NCBI GenBank assembly: GCA_963809895.1
Contig: CAWELD010000003.1
Location: forward strand, 224,001 to 288,000
Source of the DNA: an uncultured Gemmatimonadales bacterium
GTDB lineage: Bacteria; Gemmatimonadota; Gemmatimonadetes; Longimicrobiales; Gaopeijiaceae
DNA: 64,000 bases
Direction: 5' to 3'
Position 1 is the first letter of the stretch, and each line of letters starts with the position of its first letter. A model generated the notes under the pieces. The model saw only the letters and a list, made by a program, of their open reading frames with translations, ran no database searches and was not told the origin of the DNA. Shown piece by piece: positions 18,646-28,824 of the stretch. Both the position numbers and the translations under genes were made by a program.

Positions 18646-18651
18646 CCGTCG

Positions 18652-19965
18652 ATGGACAACTGGCTCGGGAAACTCTGGCGATCTCCGGAGGTCCGCGAGA
18701 AGCTGACCTTCACCGTATTCATCCTCCTCATCTACCGGATCGGCGCGCACGTCACCGTTCCGGGCCTCGACGTGGGGGTGCTGCGGGAGCAGTTCGGCCA
18801 GCTCCAGGGCACGCTGTTCGGGGTCTACGACATGTTCGTGGGCGGAGGCCTGTCCAGGGCCACCATCTTCGCCCTGGGCATCATGCCGTATATCTCGGCG
18901 TCCATCATGTTCCAGCTCCTGGCTGCCGTCTTCCCCACGGTGGAGAAGATGCAGAAGGAGGGGGACGACGGACGTAAGAAGCTGACCCAGTGGACGCGCT
19001 ACGTCACCGTGGGGCTGGCGGCCATGCAGGCCTACGGCTACGCGGCCTTCCTGCAGAGCTTCCAGGGCGCGGTCCGGAACCCCGGGTTCGGCTTCACCTT
19101 CACCACCGTGGTGGCGCTGACCGTGGGCGCGGTGTTCGTGATGTGGCTCGGTGAGCAGATCACCGACCGCGGCGTGGGCAACGGCATGAGCCTGCTCATC
19201 TTCTTCAGCATCATCGAGGGCTTCCCCGGCGCCCTGGCGCGCACCTGGGAGTCCTTCCGCCTGAACGAGATCGGCATCTTCTCGCTGGTGGCGCTCCTGG
19301 CGGTGGTGGTGGGCGTCAGCGCCGGCGTGGTGGCCATGACCATGGCGGCCCGCAAGATTCCGGTGCAGATCCCGCGCAAGGTGGTGGGGCGCGGGCGCAT
19401 CCGCGAGGGCCAGAAGAGCTTCATTCCGCTGCGCGTGAACTCGGCGGGCGTGATGCCCATCATCTTCGCCCAGTCGTTCATCATCGTGCCCGGTACCATC
19501 GCCGCCTTCAGCAAGATGGGATGGCTGTCGAACCTGGCCCAGATCTTCCAGCCCAACAACTGGGTCTACTACGTCACGTACTCCATCCTCATCCTCTTCT
19601 TCACCTACTTCTACACCGCCATCATCTTCAACCCGGTGGATCTGGCGGAGAACCTGAAGAAGCAGGGGGCGTTCATTCCCGGCGTGAAGCCCGGCGCCCG
19701 CACGGCGGAGTACATCGACCGCATCCTGACGCGCATCACGCTGCCCGGATCCATCTACCTGGCCATCCTGGCGCTGCTGCCCTTCTGGATCGTCGACCTC
19801 TTCGGCATCCAGGCCTTCTACTTCGGCGGCACGAGCCTGCTCATCGTGGTGGGCGTCGGCCTGGATACCGTTCAGCAGATCCAGCAGCTCCTGCTGGTGC
19901 GCCACTACGACGGCTTCATGAAGAAGGGTCGTGTGAAGATGCGTGGCCGCCAGCGCTACATGTGA
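18652..19965 (+). CDS. secY: preprotein translocase subunit SecY
   Basis: FALGIMPYISASI, WLGEQIT, GGTSLLIVVGV; multiple TM segments. Confidence 0.99.
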   Translation: MDNWLGKLWRSPEVREKLTFTVFILLIYRIGAHVTVPGLDVGVLREQFGQLQGTLFGVYDMFVGGGLSRATIFALGIMPYISASIMFQLLAAVFPTVEKMQKEGDDGRKKLTQWTRYVTVGLAAMQAYGYAAFLQSFQGAVRNPGFGFTFTTVVALTVGAVFVMWLGEQITDRGVGNGMSLLIFFSIIEGFPGALARTWESFRLNEIGIFSLVALLAVVVGVSAGVVAMTMAARKIPVQIPRKVVGRGRIREGQKSFIPLRVNSAGVMPIIFAQSFIIVPGTIAAFSKMGWLSNLAQIFQPNNWVYYVTYSILILFFTYFYTAIIFNPVDLAENLKKQGAFIPGVKPGARTAEYIDRILTRITLPGSIYLAILALLPFWIVDLFGIQAFYFGGTSLLIVVGVGLDTVQQIQQLLLVRHYDGFMKKGRVKMRGRQRYM

Positions 19966-19975
19966 TCGGCGGGCG

Positions 19976-20626
19976 ATGATCGTGATCCTGCTGGGCCCCC
20001 CGGGGGTCGGGAAGGGGACCCAGGGAGTCCTGCTTTGCGAAGCCCTGGGTCTCACCCACCTGTCCACCGGGGATCTCCTGCGGGCCGCCCGGCGGGAGGG
20101 CACGCCGCTGGGGAAGAAGGCCCAGGGGTACATGGACCGCGGCGAGCTGGTCCCCGACGACGTCATCATCGGGATGGTGCGGGAGGCTCTCGAGGCGCTG
20201 CCGCCCGACGGCGGCGTCGTCTTCGACGGCTTTCCCCGCACGGTGCCACAGGCCGAGGCACTGGACCGGGTCCTGGCCGAGCTCGGACGTTCGGTGCACC
20301 GGGTGGTGGTGCTGCAGGCCGACGACGAGACCCTCGTCAAGCGGCTTTCGGGGCGCAGGAGTTGTCCGGAGTGCGGTGCCGTCTACAACGTGCACTTCAA
20401 TCCACCTGCGGCCGAAGGCATCTGCGACCGGTGCTCCCATGCCCTGGTGCACCGGGCCGACGACGCCCCGGAGACGGTGCGCAACCGGCTCGACGTGTAC
20501 CGCGAGTCGACCGAGCCCCTGATCCGCTTCTACGAGGGGCACGCGGCACCGGTTCGGTACGTGGAGGGTGACCAGGCGGTGGAGGAGGTCCAGTCGGCCA
20601 TGCGTCGGGCGGTGGAAGAGGGATGA
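19976..20626 (+). CDS. adk: adenylate kinase (Zn-lid type)
   Basis: GPPGVGKGTQ, DGFPRT, CPEC..CDRC. Confidence 0.97.
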   Translation: MIVILLGPPGVGKGTQGVLLCEALGLTHLSTGDLLRAARREGTPLGKKAQGYMDRGELVPDDVIIGMVREALEALPPDGGVVFDGFPRTVPQAEALDRVLAELGRSVHRVVVLQADDETLVKRLSGRRSCPECGAVYNVHFNPPAAEGICDRCSHALVHRADDAPETVRNRLDVYRESTEPLIRFYEGHAAPVRYVEGDQAVEEVQSAMRRAVEEG

Positions 20627-21402
20627 TCCATCTGCGCTCCCAGGCGGAGATCGCCGCCATCGCTCGCGGCGGAGCCATCATCGGCCAGCTCTTCCAGGAG
20701 CTGGAGCCTCGCGTGGCTCCGGGGATTTCGACCGAGGCGCTGGACCGGTTCTGCGAGGACTTCATCCGGTCCTTCGAGGGCGCGGAGCCGGCCTTCAAGG
20801 GCCTGTACGGGTTCCCGGGGGCCGTGTGCATCTCCCTCAACGAGGAGATCGTGCACGGGATTCCGAGTCCGGACCGCACCCTGGCCGAGGGCGACAACGT
20901 CTCGGTGGACGTCGGGGTCCGTCGCGACGGTTGGTGCTCGGACTCGGCCTGGACCTTCGGCGTGGGTGAGGTGAACGAGGACACCGCGTCGCTCCTCGAC
21001 GTCACGGAGCGGTCTCTGGCCAACGCCATCGAGGCCGCGGTGCCCGGGAAGCACGTGGGGGACATCGGCGCCGCTGTGGTGGCGACGGTGCAGGGCTCCG
21101 GCCTGGGAATCGTGCGGGACCTGGTGGGGCACGGCGTGGGTCGCGAGGTCCACGAGGAACCCCAGGTCCCCAACGTGGGGCGTGCGGGGTACGGCCCCCT
21201 CCTGCGGGCAGGCATGGTGCTGGCCATCGAGCCCATGCTCAGCCTGGGGACGGACCGGATCCGCACGTTGGAGGACGGATGGACCGTGATCACCGCCGAC
21301 CGCAGCCGGTCGGCGCATTTCGAGCACACGGTGGCCATCACGGAGGACGGCCCGCAGATCCTCACCGCGGCCGGTCGAGAAGCTCCGACCACGGCCTCGT
21401 GA
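20623..21402 (+). CDS. map: type I methionine aminopeptidase
   Basis: GHGVGREVHEEP, AIEPM, SAHFEHT. Confidence 0.97.
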   Translation: MIHLRSQAEIAAIARGGAIIGQLFQELEPRVAPGISTEALDRFCEDFIRSFEGAEPAFKGLYGFPGAVCISLNEEIVHGIPSPDRTLAEGDNVSVDVGVRRDGWCSDSAWTFGVGEVNEDTASLLDVTERSLANAIEAAVPGKHVGDIGAAVVATVQGSGLGIVRDLVGHGVGREVHEEPQVPNVGRAGYGPLLRAGMVLAIEPMLSLGTDRIRTLEDGWTVITADRSRSAHFEHTVAITEDGPQILTAAGREAPTTAS

Positions 21403-21443
21403 GAAGGGGCGGGCCCGCTGGTCGAATCCGTTGTCCTGACGCC

Positions 21444-21472
21444 TTGAAGGGGCGTGGGGCAGTCGTTATAGT
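21444..21472 (+). promoter_or_regulatory. sigma70-type promoter for rpmJ-rpsM-rpsK-rpsD-rpoA-rplQ
   Basis: TTGAAG (21444-21449), 17-nt spacer, TATAGT (21467-21472). Confidence 0.7.
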
Positions 21473-21510
21473 AATAAGCTCTGCCAGAAACGGACGTGGA
21501 GTGCGTTCAC

Positions 21511-21627
21511 ATGAAGGTTCGTAGCAGCGTCAAGCCGATTTGCGAGCATTGCAAGGTGATCCGCCGCCGAGGGGTGGTGCGGATCATCTGCAGCCGCAAT
21601 CCGAAGCACAAGCAGCGGCAGGGATAA
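21511..21627 (+). CDS. rpmJ: 50S ribosomal protein L36 (not in ORF track)
   Basis: Manual translation [38 protein letters not shown]. Confidence 0.98.
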   Translation: MKVRSSVKPICEHCKVIRRRGVVRIICSRNPKHKQRQG

Positions 21628-21630
21628 CCC

Positions 21631-22011
21631 ATGGCTCGTATTGCAGGCGTCGACCTCCCCAGGGGAAAGCGGATCGAGGTCGCTCTCACCTACATCTACG
21701 GCATCGGCGATTCCCGGGCTCGCGACATCCTGGAGGCCACGGGGATCAACCCCGATCTCCGGACGCACGAGCTGGGAGACGAAGAGGTCAATCGCCTCCG
21801 CCGCCAGATCGAGGGCAACTACAAGGTCGAGGGTGCGCTGCGCACCGAGGTGTCCATGAACATCAAGAGGCTCATGGACATCGGCTGCTACCGTGGCCTC
21901 CGCCATCGGCGAGGTCTGCCGGTCCGGGGTCAGCGGACGCACACCAACGCCCGTACGCACAAGGGGGGCCGCCGGCCCATCGCCGGAAAGAAGAAGGCCC
22001 CCAAGAAGTAG
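21631..22011 (+). CDS. rpsM: 30S ribosomal protein S13
   Basis: [19 protein letters not shown]. Confidence 0.99.
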   Translation: MARIAGVDLPRGKRIEVALTYIYGIGDSRARDILEATGINPDLRTHELGDEEVNRLRRQIEGNYKVEGALRTEVSMNIKRLMDIGCYRGLRHRRGLPVRGQRTHTNARTHKGGRRPIAGKKKAPKK

Positions 22012-22139
22012 CGTAGCACCGCGCACGCCGGGACGGGTTCCCGGTGGGCGTGTTTCCTGGATGCGGCGTCCCGGCGACCCAGGAGTCGCGGACTCGCCGC
22101 ATCCACGTTTGTTCGCCAGGTCTGACGAGGGAAGGAAAC

Positions 22140-22532
22140 GTGGCCAAGGGTAAGCCAACCCGCACGAAGCGCACCAAGAAGGTGGTGGAAGCGGACGGCG
22201 TCGCACACATCAAGGCGACGTTCAACAACACCATCATCACCATCACGGACAGCACCGGAAACGCCGTGGTCTGGGGCAGCGCCGGCAAGGCCGGCTTCAA
22301 GGGCTCCAAGAAGTCCACGCCGTTCGCTGCGACCGTGGCCGCCGAGCAGGCGGGCCGCGAGGCCGTGAGCATGGGTGTCAAGCGTGTGGCCGTCCGGGTG
22401 CAGGGTCCCGGATCGGGCCGCGAGTCCGCGATTCAGGCTCTGGCGTCCGCCGGGCTGCACATCAAGTCGATCCAGGATGTGACGCCCCTTCCGCACAATG
22501 GGTGCCGGCCCCCGAAGAAGCGCCGCGTCTAA
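22140..22532 (+). CDS. rpsK: 30S ribosomal protein S11
   Basis: GTG start after [27 protein letters not shown]. Confidence 0.98.
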   Translation: MAKGKPTRTKRTKKVVEADGVAHIKATFNNTIITITDSTGNAVVWGSAGKAGFKGSKKSTPFAATVAAEQAGREAVSMGVKRVAVRVQGPGSGRESAIQALASAGLHIKSIQDVTPLPHNGCRPPKKRRV

Positions 22533-22545
22533 CTGAGGTTCCAGG

Positions 22546-23181
22546 ATGGCTCGATATACCGGTCCGGTTTGCAAGCTCTGCCGCCGTGAGGGGCAGAAGC
22601 TCTTCTTGAAGGGGATCAAGTGCTACACGGAGAAGTGCCCGGTGGACCGGCGCACCTATCCGCCCGGTCAGCACGGTCCCGCGCAGGCGCGTCGCCGCAA
22701 GCAGTCCGACTACGCGACGCAGCTGCGGGAGAAGCAGAAGGTGAAGCGGATGTACGGCATGCACGAGAGGCAGTTCCGCTCCCTCTTCGAGCAGGCGAAC
22801 CAGCAGCAGGGCGTGACGGGTGAGAACCTGCTCGTCCTGCTGGAGTCGCGCCTGGACAACGTCATCTTCCGCATGGGCTTCGCGGCCAGCCGGAACCAGG
22901 CCCGCCAGTTGGTGCGCCACCGGCACGTGGAGGTGAACGGCCACCCGGTGGACGTTCCCAGCTATCGGGTGCGGCAGGGAGACGAGATCGCCATCCGTGG
23001 CGCATCCCGGGACATGGCGGTGGTCCAGGGCAGCCTGGAGTCCCGCACCCGCCCCTCCATGGTGGAGTGGCTGACGCTGGACGAGAAGAACCGAGTGGGT
23101 CGTGTGGTCCGGAAGCCCACCCGCCAGGACATCCCCATGGCGGTGCAGGAGCAGCTCATCGTGGAGCTCTACTCCAAGTAA
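22546..23181 (+). CDS. rpsD: 30S ribosomal protein S4 (Cys/Zn type)
   Basis: MARYTGPVCKLCRREG, LESRLDNV, LIVELYSK. Confidence 0.99.
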   Translation: MARYTGPVCKLCRREGQKLFLKGIKCYTEKCPVDRRTYPPGQHGPAQARRRKQSDYATQLREKQKVKRMYGMHERQFRSLFEQANQQQGVTGENLLVLLESRLDNVIFRMGFAASRNQARQLVRHRHVEVNGHPVDVPSYRVRQGDEIAIRGASRDMAVVQGSLESRTRPSMVEWLTLDEKNRVGRVVRKPTRQDIPMAVQEQLIVELYSK

Positions 23182-23265
23182 TCGGACGACGGACCCACGG
23201 GGATGGACGTCCCGGGGGGTCCGCAGCCAACGGAGTTCCCAGTGCCGAGGCACGAGGAGGATATT

Positions 23266-24312
23266 GTGGAGATCGATCTGATCGGATTGGTGCTTCCCGA
23301 GCGCATCGAGGCCGCGGAGACGTCGGAGGACGGGCGCACCGCCCGCTTCGTCGTTGAGCCGCTCGAGCGCGGCTTCGGGCATACGTTGGGCAATTCCGTC
23401 CGGCGAGTCCTCCTGTCGTCGCTGCGGGGGTCCGCCGTATGGGCGTTCCGCATCGACGGCGTGGTGCACGAGCACCAGACCATCCAGGGCGTGGTGGAGG
23501 ACGTCCATCAGGTCATCCAGAACCTCAAGGCTCTGGTGGTCATGCTGGACCCCGATGTCGAGGACGCCGTGCTGGAGATCCGCGCCGAGGAGAGCGGCCC
23601 GGTGACCGCCGGCATGATCCAGGCGCCCTCCGGCGTGGAGGTCCTGGACGACGACCACCACATCCTGACCCTGCAAGAAGACCGCACGCTCAACATCGAG
23701 CTCTACGTCAACAAGGGCCGTGGCTTCGTCCTCGCCGAGCAGCACGAGCTGCCTCGGGGCGCTCCCGTGGATCTGGTGCGCATCGATGCCATCTACAACC
23801 CGGTTCGGCGCGCCAACTTCAACGTGGAGGAGACCCGGGTCGGCCAGCGGACCGACTTCGACCGTCTGACCCTGCACGTGGAGACCGACGGCTCGGTGGA
23901 TCCCGAGGATGCGGTCCGCTACGCCGCCGCCCTGGTGCGGAAGCACCTGGAGTACATGCTCTATTTCGGCGAGGGCGGCATTCCCCAGGCGACGCCTCCG
24001 GGCGCCGTGGCGGTGCCGGAGCGCCTCCAGGACCTCTTCGCCCGGCCCATCGAGGACCTGGCGGAGCTGAGCGTGCGGTCCCGGAACTCGCTCCAGAAGG
24101 AGAACATCCGCACGCTCGGTGATCTCGTGCAGAAGACCGAAGACGAGATGCTCGCCATCGAGAACTTCGGCAAGAAGTCGCTGAAGGAGATCGCCGACTT
24201 CCTGGACGATCACGGGCTGCGGTTCGGGATGCGCCTCGAGGCAGGCGACGACGGTCAGCTCTATTTCGTGGACGAGGCGGAGGAAGCCGAAGAGGCCGCC
24301 GAGGCCGAGTAA
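23266..24312 (+). CDS. rpoA: RNA polymerase alpha subunit
   Basis: EPLERGFGHTLGN, LSVRSRN, ENFGKKSL; GTG after GAGGAGG. Confidence 0.98.
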   Translation: MEIDLIGLVLPERIEAAETSEDGRTARFVVEPLERGFGHTLGNSVRRVLLSSLRGSAVWAFRIDGVVHEHQTIQGVVEDVHQVIQNLKALVVMLDPDVEDAVLEIRAEESGPVTAGMIQAPSGVEVLDDDHHILTLQEDRTLNIELYVNKGRGFVLAEQHELPRGAPVDLVRIDAIYNPVRRANFNVEETRVGQRTDFDRLTLHVETDGSVDPEDAVRYAAALVRKHLEYMLYFGEGGIPQATPPGAVAVPERLQDLFARPIEDLAELSVRSRNSLQKENIRTLGDLVQKTEDEMLAIENFGKKSLKEIADFLDDHGLRFGMRLEAGDDGQLYFVDEAEEAEEAAEAE

Positions 24313-24342
24313 GGCGATCCTCCCAGCGCACATCGGATTACC

Positions 24343-24696
24343 ATGCGTCATCGCAAGAAGGGTAGAAAGCTCTCGCGGACCGCCAGCCACCGGCGGGCCA
24401 CGTTGCGGAACATGGCTCAGAACCTGTTCCGCCACGGGCGAATCGAGACGACCACGGCCAAGGCGAAGGAGCTGCGTCCGTACGCGGAGAGGCTGATCAC
24501 GCTGGCCAAGCGCGGCGACCTCCATGCCCGCCGGTTGGTGGCGGCGCGCATCGGCGATCGCAACGTCGTGGGGGCGCTCTTCGACGAGATCGCACCTCGC
24601 TACACCGAGCGTCCCGGTGGCTACACGCGGATTCTGAAGTTGGGGGCCCGCAAGGGCGACGCGGCGGAGATGTCGCTGATCGAGTTGGTGGATTAA
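24343..24696 (+). CDS. rplQ: 50S ribosomal protein L17
   Basis: [18 protein letters not shown]. Confidence 0.99.
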   Translation: MRHRKKGRKLSRTASHRRATLRNMAQNLFRHGRIETTTAKAKELRPYAERLITLAKRGDLHARRLVAARIGDRNVVGALFDEIAPRYTERPGGYTRILKLGARKGDAAEMSLIELVD

Positions 24697-24745
24697 GTTG
24701 TCCCGCGTTCGATCATCGGAACATCCCATCAAAGGAACGGCGGAA

Positions 24746-25285
24746 ATGGCCCAGAGCGGATCGCGGAGGGGAGCTTCGAACCTCGGAATCCCCCTCATGC
24801 TCCTCAGCTTCATACTTCTCGGCGGATTCCTGTACTGGCTGTACATCACTGCGGTGCCGACGGAGCCCGCCGTGACAGAGCAGGCCGACTCCACCGCGGC
24901 GGACATGACCGCCATCGCGGCGGACCCCGGCTCCCTGGCCATCGATGCAAGTCAGTACGAGGGTCAGACCGTACGGCTGCCGGCGCTCGAAGTGGCCGCG
25001 GCGGTGGGCCGGAGGGCGTTCTTCCTGAATCTGACGGACCAGACGCCGTTTCTGGTGCGCATGGACTCCGCGTTGGTGGCGCGGGGTATGACCGTGCCCA
25101 CGGGTCGCGTCCGGGTGGTCGGGGACGTGGTTCCCATGACGGACAGCATCATCACGCAGTGGACGTCGGCGGGTGACATCACCGAGGGGGATCGCCCGGT
25201 GGTGGAGTTCGCCACCCACTTCATTCTGGCACATCAGGTGCAGTCGGCTCCGCCCGCTGGCGACGGATCGTCCGGCGGCAACTGA
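24746..25285 (+). CDS. hypothetical protein with single N-terminal TM anchor
   Basis: ORF fills the rplQ-rpmB gap; hydrophobic [28 protein letters not shown] upstream. Confidence 0.75.
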   Translation: MAQSGSRRGASNLGIPLMLLSFILLGGFLYWLYITAVPTEPAVTEQADSTAADMTAIAADPGSLAIDASQYEGQTVRLPALEVAAAVGRRAFFLNLTDQTPFLVRMDSALVARGMTVPTGRVRVVGDVVPMTDSIITQWTSAGDITEGDRPVVEFATHFILAHQVQSAPPAGDGSSGGN

Positions 25286-25313
25286 CGCACCGAACGACAG
25301 GACAGACGGAATC

Positions 25314-25526
25314 ATGGCTCGAGTGTGCTACGTGTGTGGCAAGCGCCCCGCTACGGGGAACAACGTGAGTCACGCGAACAACCGGACGAAGCGTCGTTGG
25401 CTTCCGAACCTGCAGACGGCGCGCATCGTCGATGCCGACGGCACCCGCAAGCGTGTGCGCGTATGCACCTCGTGCATCTCTGCCGGGAAGATCCGCAAGG
25501 CTCCCCCCGTGAAGGCCGGGGCCTGA
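25314..25526 (+). CDS. rpmB: 50S ribosomal protein L28
   Basis: [35 protein letters not shown]. Confidence 0.97.
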   Translation: MARVCYVCGKRPATGNNVSHANNRTKRRWLPNLQTARIVDADGTRKRVRVCTSCISAGKIRKAPPVKAGA

Positions 25527-25554
25527 GGCAGGGCGTCCGTATCCATCCGTCCTA

Positions 25555-25592
25555 CGACGCCCCCGGCCGCCGCGCGCGCGCCGGGGGCGTCG
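25555..25592 (+). terminator. GC-rich hairpin after rpmB
   Basis: CGACGCCCCCGGC / GCCGGGGGCGTCG perfect 13-bp inverted repeat; no strong U tract. Confidence 0.55.
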
Positions 25593-25697
25593 CGCGTTCG
25601 GGGTCCTCACTCAGGGCTGGCGTCGCGGGCGTGTTCCTTGCAGCGTCGGTTGGGGCTGGGCCGTCGACGTCGATTCCCCCCGTATCGTGGGCATCCG

Positions 25698-26504
25698 GTG
25701 AGCGCACAGCGTACACGTGATCTCGATCGAATCCGCCGGGCCCTCGCGGCCGGGGCGGAGGCCGTGCGGCCCTTCACGCCGGGCCAGGTGGCGTTTCGGA
25801 CCAAGGAAGCGCGCAACGACCCGGTCACCGAGGCGGACCTGGCCGTGGACCGGGTGCTGCGGGAGCTCCTGCCCGGGGACGACGAAGGCTGGCTCTCCGA
25901 GGAGACCCGGGACGATCCCGTGCGCCTGGAGCGTCGGCGTGTCTGGGTCGTGGATCCCCTCGACGGAACCCGCGAGTTCGTGGAAGGGATCCCGGAGTGG
26001 TGTATCTCGGTCGGGCTTCTGGAGGACGGGCAGGCCGTGGCGGGCGGAATCTTGAATCCCGCCACCGGGGAGCTCGTTCTGGGATCGGTGGAGACCGGCA
26101 TCGTGGCCGGGGGTGGCGACGCGGCGGACACACGGGTCGCCGGCCTCTCCGGAGCTCGTGTGCTGGCGAGCCGCAGTGAGGTGAAGCGCGGAGAGTGGGC
26201 CGGCTTCCAGGAATCCGATTTCGAGGTGGTTCCCTGCGGGTCGGTCGCCTACAAGCTCGGGCTGGTCGCCGCGGGCCGGGCCGACGCCACGTGGACCCTT
26301 GTTCCCAAGCACGAATGGGACGTGGTGGCCGGTGTCGCGCTCATCCGCGCCGCGGGCCTGGTCGCCATGCACGCCGACGGGTCGCCTCCGCGTTTCAATC
26401 GGCCTTCGCCCCTGCTGTCGAACCTGCTGGCGGGACCCGCGACACTCCTGGAGGACCTGCTGGCGCGCCTGCAGGGAGATCACCCCGCCGCCGCTGCCGA
26501 TTGA
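25698..26504 (+). CDS. cysQ: 3'(2'),5'-bisphosphate nucleotidase CysQ-like (inositol monophosphatase family)
   Basis: DPVTEAD, WLSEE, DPLDGTREF, EWDVVAG; close to cysD/cysNC. Confidence 0.8.
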   Translation: MSAQRTRDLDRIRRALAAGAEAVRPFTPGQVAFRTKEARNDPVTEADLAVDRVLRELLPGDDEGWLSEETRDDPVRLERRRVWVVDPLDGTREFVEGIPEWCISVGLLEDGQAVAGGILNPATGELVLGSVETGIVAGGGDAADTRVAGLSGARVLASRSEVKRGEWAGFQESDFEVVPCGSVAYKLGLVAAGRADATWTLVPKHEWDVVAGVALIRAAGLVAMHADGSPPRFNRPSPLLSNLLAGPATLLEDLLARLQGDHPAAAAD

Positions 26505-26564
26505 AAGCCGTTGCCGGCCCGTTCATATTCACACACCCATCCCTCCCCGCAATCCCCCACCCCC

Positions 26565-27884
26565 ATGAACAAGACGGACACCGTGGAACGCCGTTTCCGC
26601 GACGACGAGGTGACCTTCGGCGTCGTCGGCATGGGCTACGTAGGCCTGCCTCTGGCGGTGGAGGCCGCGGGCCAGGGGATCAAGGTCCTGGGGCTGGACA
26701 TCAATCAGTCGGTGGTGGAGGCCATCAACGACGGCCGCAGCCACATCCAGGACGTGCCGGAGTCGCGCGTGGCCGAGCTGGTTCGGTCGGGGCGCCTGGA
26801 GGCGACCCACGAGATGGAGCGTCTCGCCGAGTGCGACGTCGTGTCCATCTGCGTCCCCACCCCGCTCTCCAAGACCCGTGATCCGGACATCTCCTTCATC
26901 ATGGCCTCCACGGAGGCCGTGGCCAGACACCTGGTGGACGGCCAGCTCATCGTGCTGGAGTCCACCACCTATCCCGGGACCACGCGGGAGATCCTCTTGC
27001 CGGCTCTGGAGGCCACGGGGCGGACGGTGGGAGAGGACTTCTTCCTCTGCTTCAGCCCGGAGCGGGTCGATCCCGGCAACCCGGTCTGGAGCACGCGAAA
27101 CACACCCAAGGTGATCGGGGGCATCACCGAGCGTTGCACCCGGGTGGGCTGCGCCTTCTACGAGCGCTTCATCGAGACCATGGTTTCGGTGTCCTCGTCG
27201 GAGGCCGCCGAGCTCACCAAGATCCTGGAGAACACCTTTCGGGCGGTGAACATCGGCCTGGTCAACGAGACGGCGCTGATCGCGGACCGTCTGGGCGTCG
27301 ACGTCTGGGAGGTCATCGAGGCCGCGGCCACCAAACCCTTCGGCTTCATGAAGTTCCTGCCGGGACCGGGGCTCGGAGGCCACTGCATTCCCGTGGATCC
27401 CCACTACCTGTCCTGGAAGATGCGCACGCTGAATTACCGCACGCGCTTCATCGATCTGGCCTCGGAGGTGAACGCCGAGATGCCTCTGTTCGTGGTGGGC
27501 AAGGTCCAGGACGCGCTCAACCGCCACCGCAAGGCCGTCAACGGATCCCAGGTGCTGGTTCTGGGCGTCGCCTACAAGAAGGACATCGACGACGTGCGAG
27601 AGTCCCCGGCGCTGGACGTGATCCGCCTGCTCGAGGCCGATGGCGCTCAGGTGAGCTACCATGATCCGCACGTTCCCTCGGTGGTGGAGGATGGCCACCG
27701 CTGGGACTCGGTGGCGCTGACGCCCGACGCTCTGGCCGCTGCCGACGTGGTCGTCATCGTCACCGACCACTCGGACTTCGACTTCGACGTCATCTTCGAA
27801 CAAAGCCGTGCCCTGGTGGACGCCCGTCACGCCGTGACCCGGGAGACCGGGCGTCGGGGCGGCCGCTGGATCGTGAAGTGGTGA
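26565..27884 (+). CDS. UDP-N-acetylhexosamine 6-dehydrogenase (WbpA/WecC family)
   Basis: GMGYVGLPLA, ICVPTP, SPERVDPGN, GGHCIPVDP. Confidence 0.9.
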   Translation: MNKTDTVERRFRDDEVTFGVVGMGYVGLPLAVEAAGQGIKVLGLDINQSVVEAINDGRSHIQDVPESRVAELVRSGRLEATHEMERLAECDVVSICVPTPLSKTRDPDISFIMASTEAVARHLVDGQLIVLESTTYPGTTREILLPALEATGRTVGEDFFLCFSPERVDPGNPVWSTRNTPKVIGGITERCTRVGCAFYERFIETMVSVSSSEAAELTKILENTFRAVNIGLVNETALIADRLGVDVWEVIEAAATKPFGFMKFLPGPGLGGHCIPVDPHYLSWKMRTLNYRTRFIDLASEVNAEMPLFVVGKVQDALNRHRKAVNGSQVLVLGVAYKKDIDDVRESPALDVIRLLEADGAQVSYHDPHVPSVVEDGHRWDSVALTPDALAAADVVVIVTDHSDFDFDVIFEQSRALVDARHAVTRETGRRGGRWIVKW

Positions 27885-27918
27885 AGCCTGGCGCCTGCCA
27901 CCCCGGTACCCTGCCTCG

Positions 27919-28824
27919 ATGACTCGCTACCACAAGACCCATCTGGACCAACTGGAGTCGGAGGCGATCTTCGTGCTCCGGGAGGTGTCGGCCCAGTTCG
28001 AGCGTCCGGTGATGCTCTTCTCCGGCGGCAAGGACTCCATCGTCATGGTCCATCTCGCCCGCAAGGCGTTCTGGCCGGGGCCCCTGCCGTTTCCGCTCAT
28101 GCACATCGACACGGGGCACAATTTTCCCGAGACGCTGGAATTCCGGGACCGGCTCGTGGAGCAGGTTGGGGCAGAGCTGGTGGTGCGCTCGGTGCAGGAC
28201 TCCATCGACGAGGGCCGGGTCAAGGAGGAGCACGGGCCCCACGCGAGCCGCAACGCTCTCCAGACGGTGACGTTGCTGGACGGACTGGAGGCCCTCAGGG
28301 TGGATGCCGCCATCGGCGGTGGCCGGCGCGACGAGGAGAAGGCTCGAGCCAAGGAGCGCTTCTTCTCGCATCGGGATGCCTTCGGACAGTGGGATCCCCG
28401 CAATCAGCGCCCCGAGCTCTGGAACCTGTTCAACGGCCGCAAGAACCCCGGCGAGCACTTCCGGGTCTTCCCTCTCTCCAACTGGACCGAGATGGACGTC
28501 TGGCAGTACGTGGCCCGGGAGGAGATCGAGCTGCCGTCTCTCTACTTCGCCCACGAGCGTGAGGTGGTCGAGCGGGAAGGCGTGCTTCTGGCCCGAACGG
28601 AGTTCCTGTGGCCGGTGGACGGGGAGCAGCCCGAGCTGCTCACGATACGCTTCCGCACCATCGGTGACGCGACCTGCACGGGCGCAGTGCGCTCCGACGC
28701 TTCCACGGTGGAGGACATCATCCACGAAGTGGCGTCGGCGCGGGTCACGGAGCGGGGTGGACGGTCCGACGACAAGCGGTCGGAAGCCGCCATGGAAGAT
28801 CGCAAGCGGCAGGGGTATTTCTGA
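27919..28824 (+). CDS. cysD: sulfate adenylyltransferase subunit 2
   Basis: FSGGKDS, GGRRDEEKARAKER, QRPELW. Confidence 0.97.
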   Translation: MTRYHKTHLDQLESEAIFVLREVSAQFERPVMLFSGGKDSIVMVHLARKAFWPGPLPFPLMHIDTGHNFPETLEFRDRLVEQVGAELVVRSVQDSIDEGRVKEEHGPHASRNALQTVTLLDGLEALRVDAAIGGGRRDEEKARAKERFFSHRDAFGQWDPRNQRPELWNLFNGRKNPGEHFRVFPLSNWTEMDVWQYVAREEIELPSLYFAHEREVVEREGVLLARTEFLWPVDGEQPELLTIRFRTIGDATCTGAVRSDASTVEDIIHEVASARVTERGGRSDDKRSEAAMEDRKRQGYF

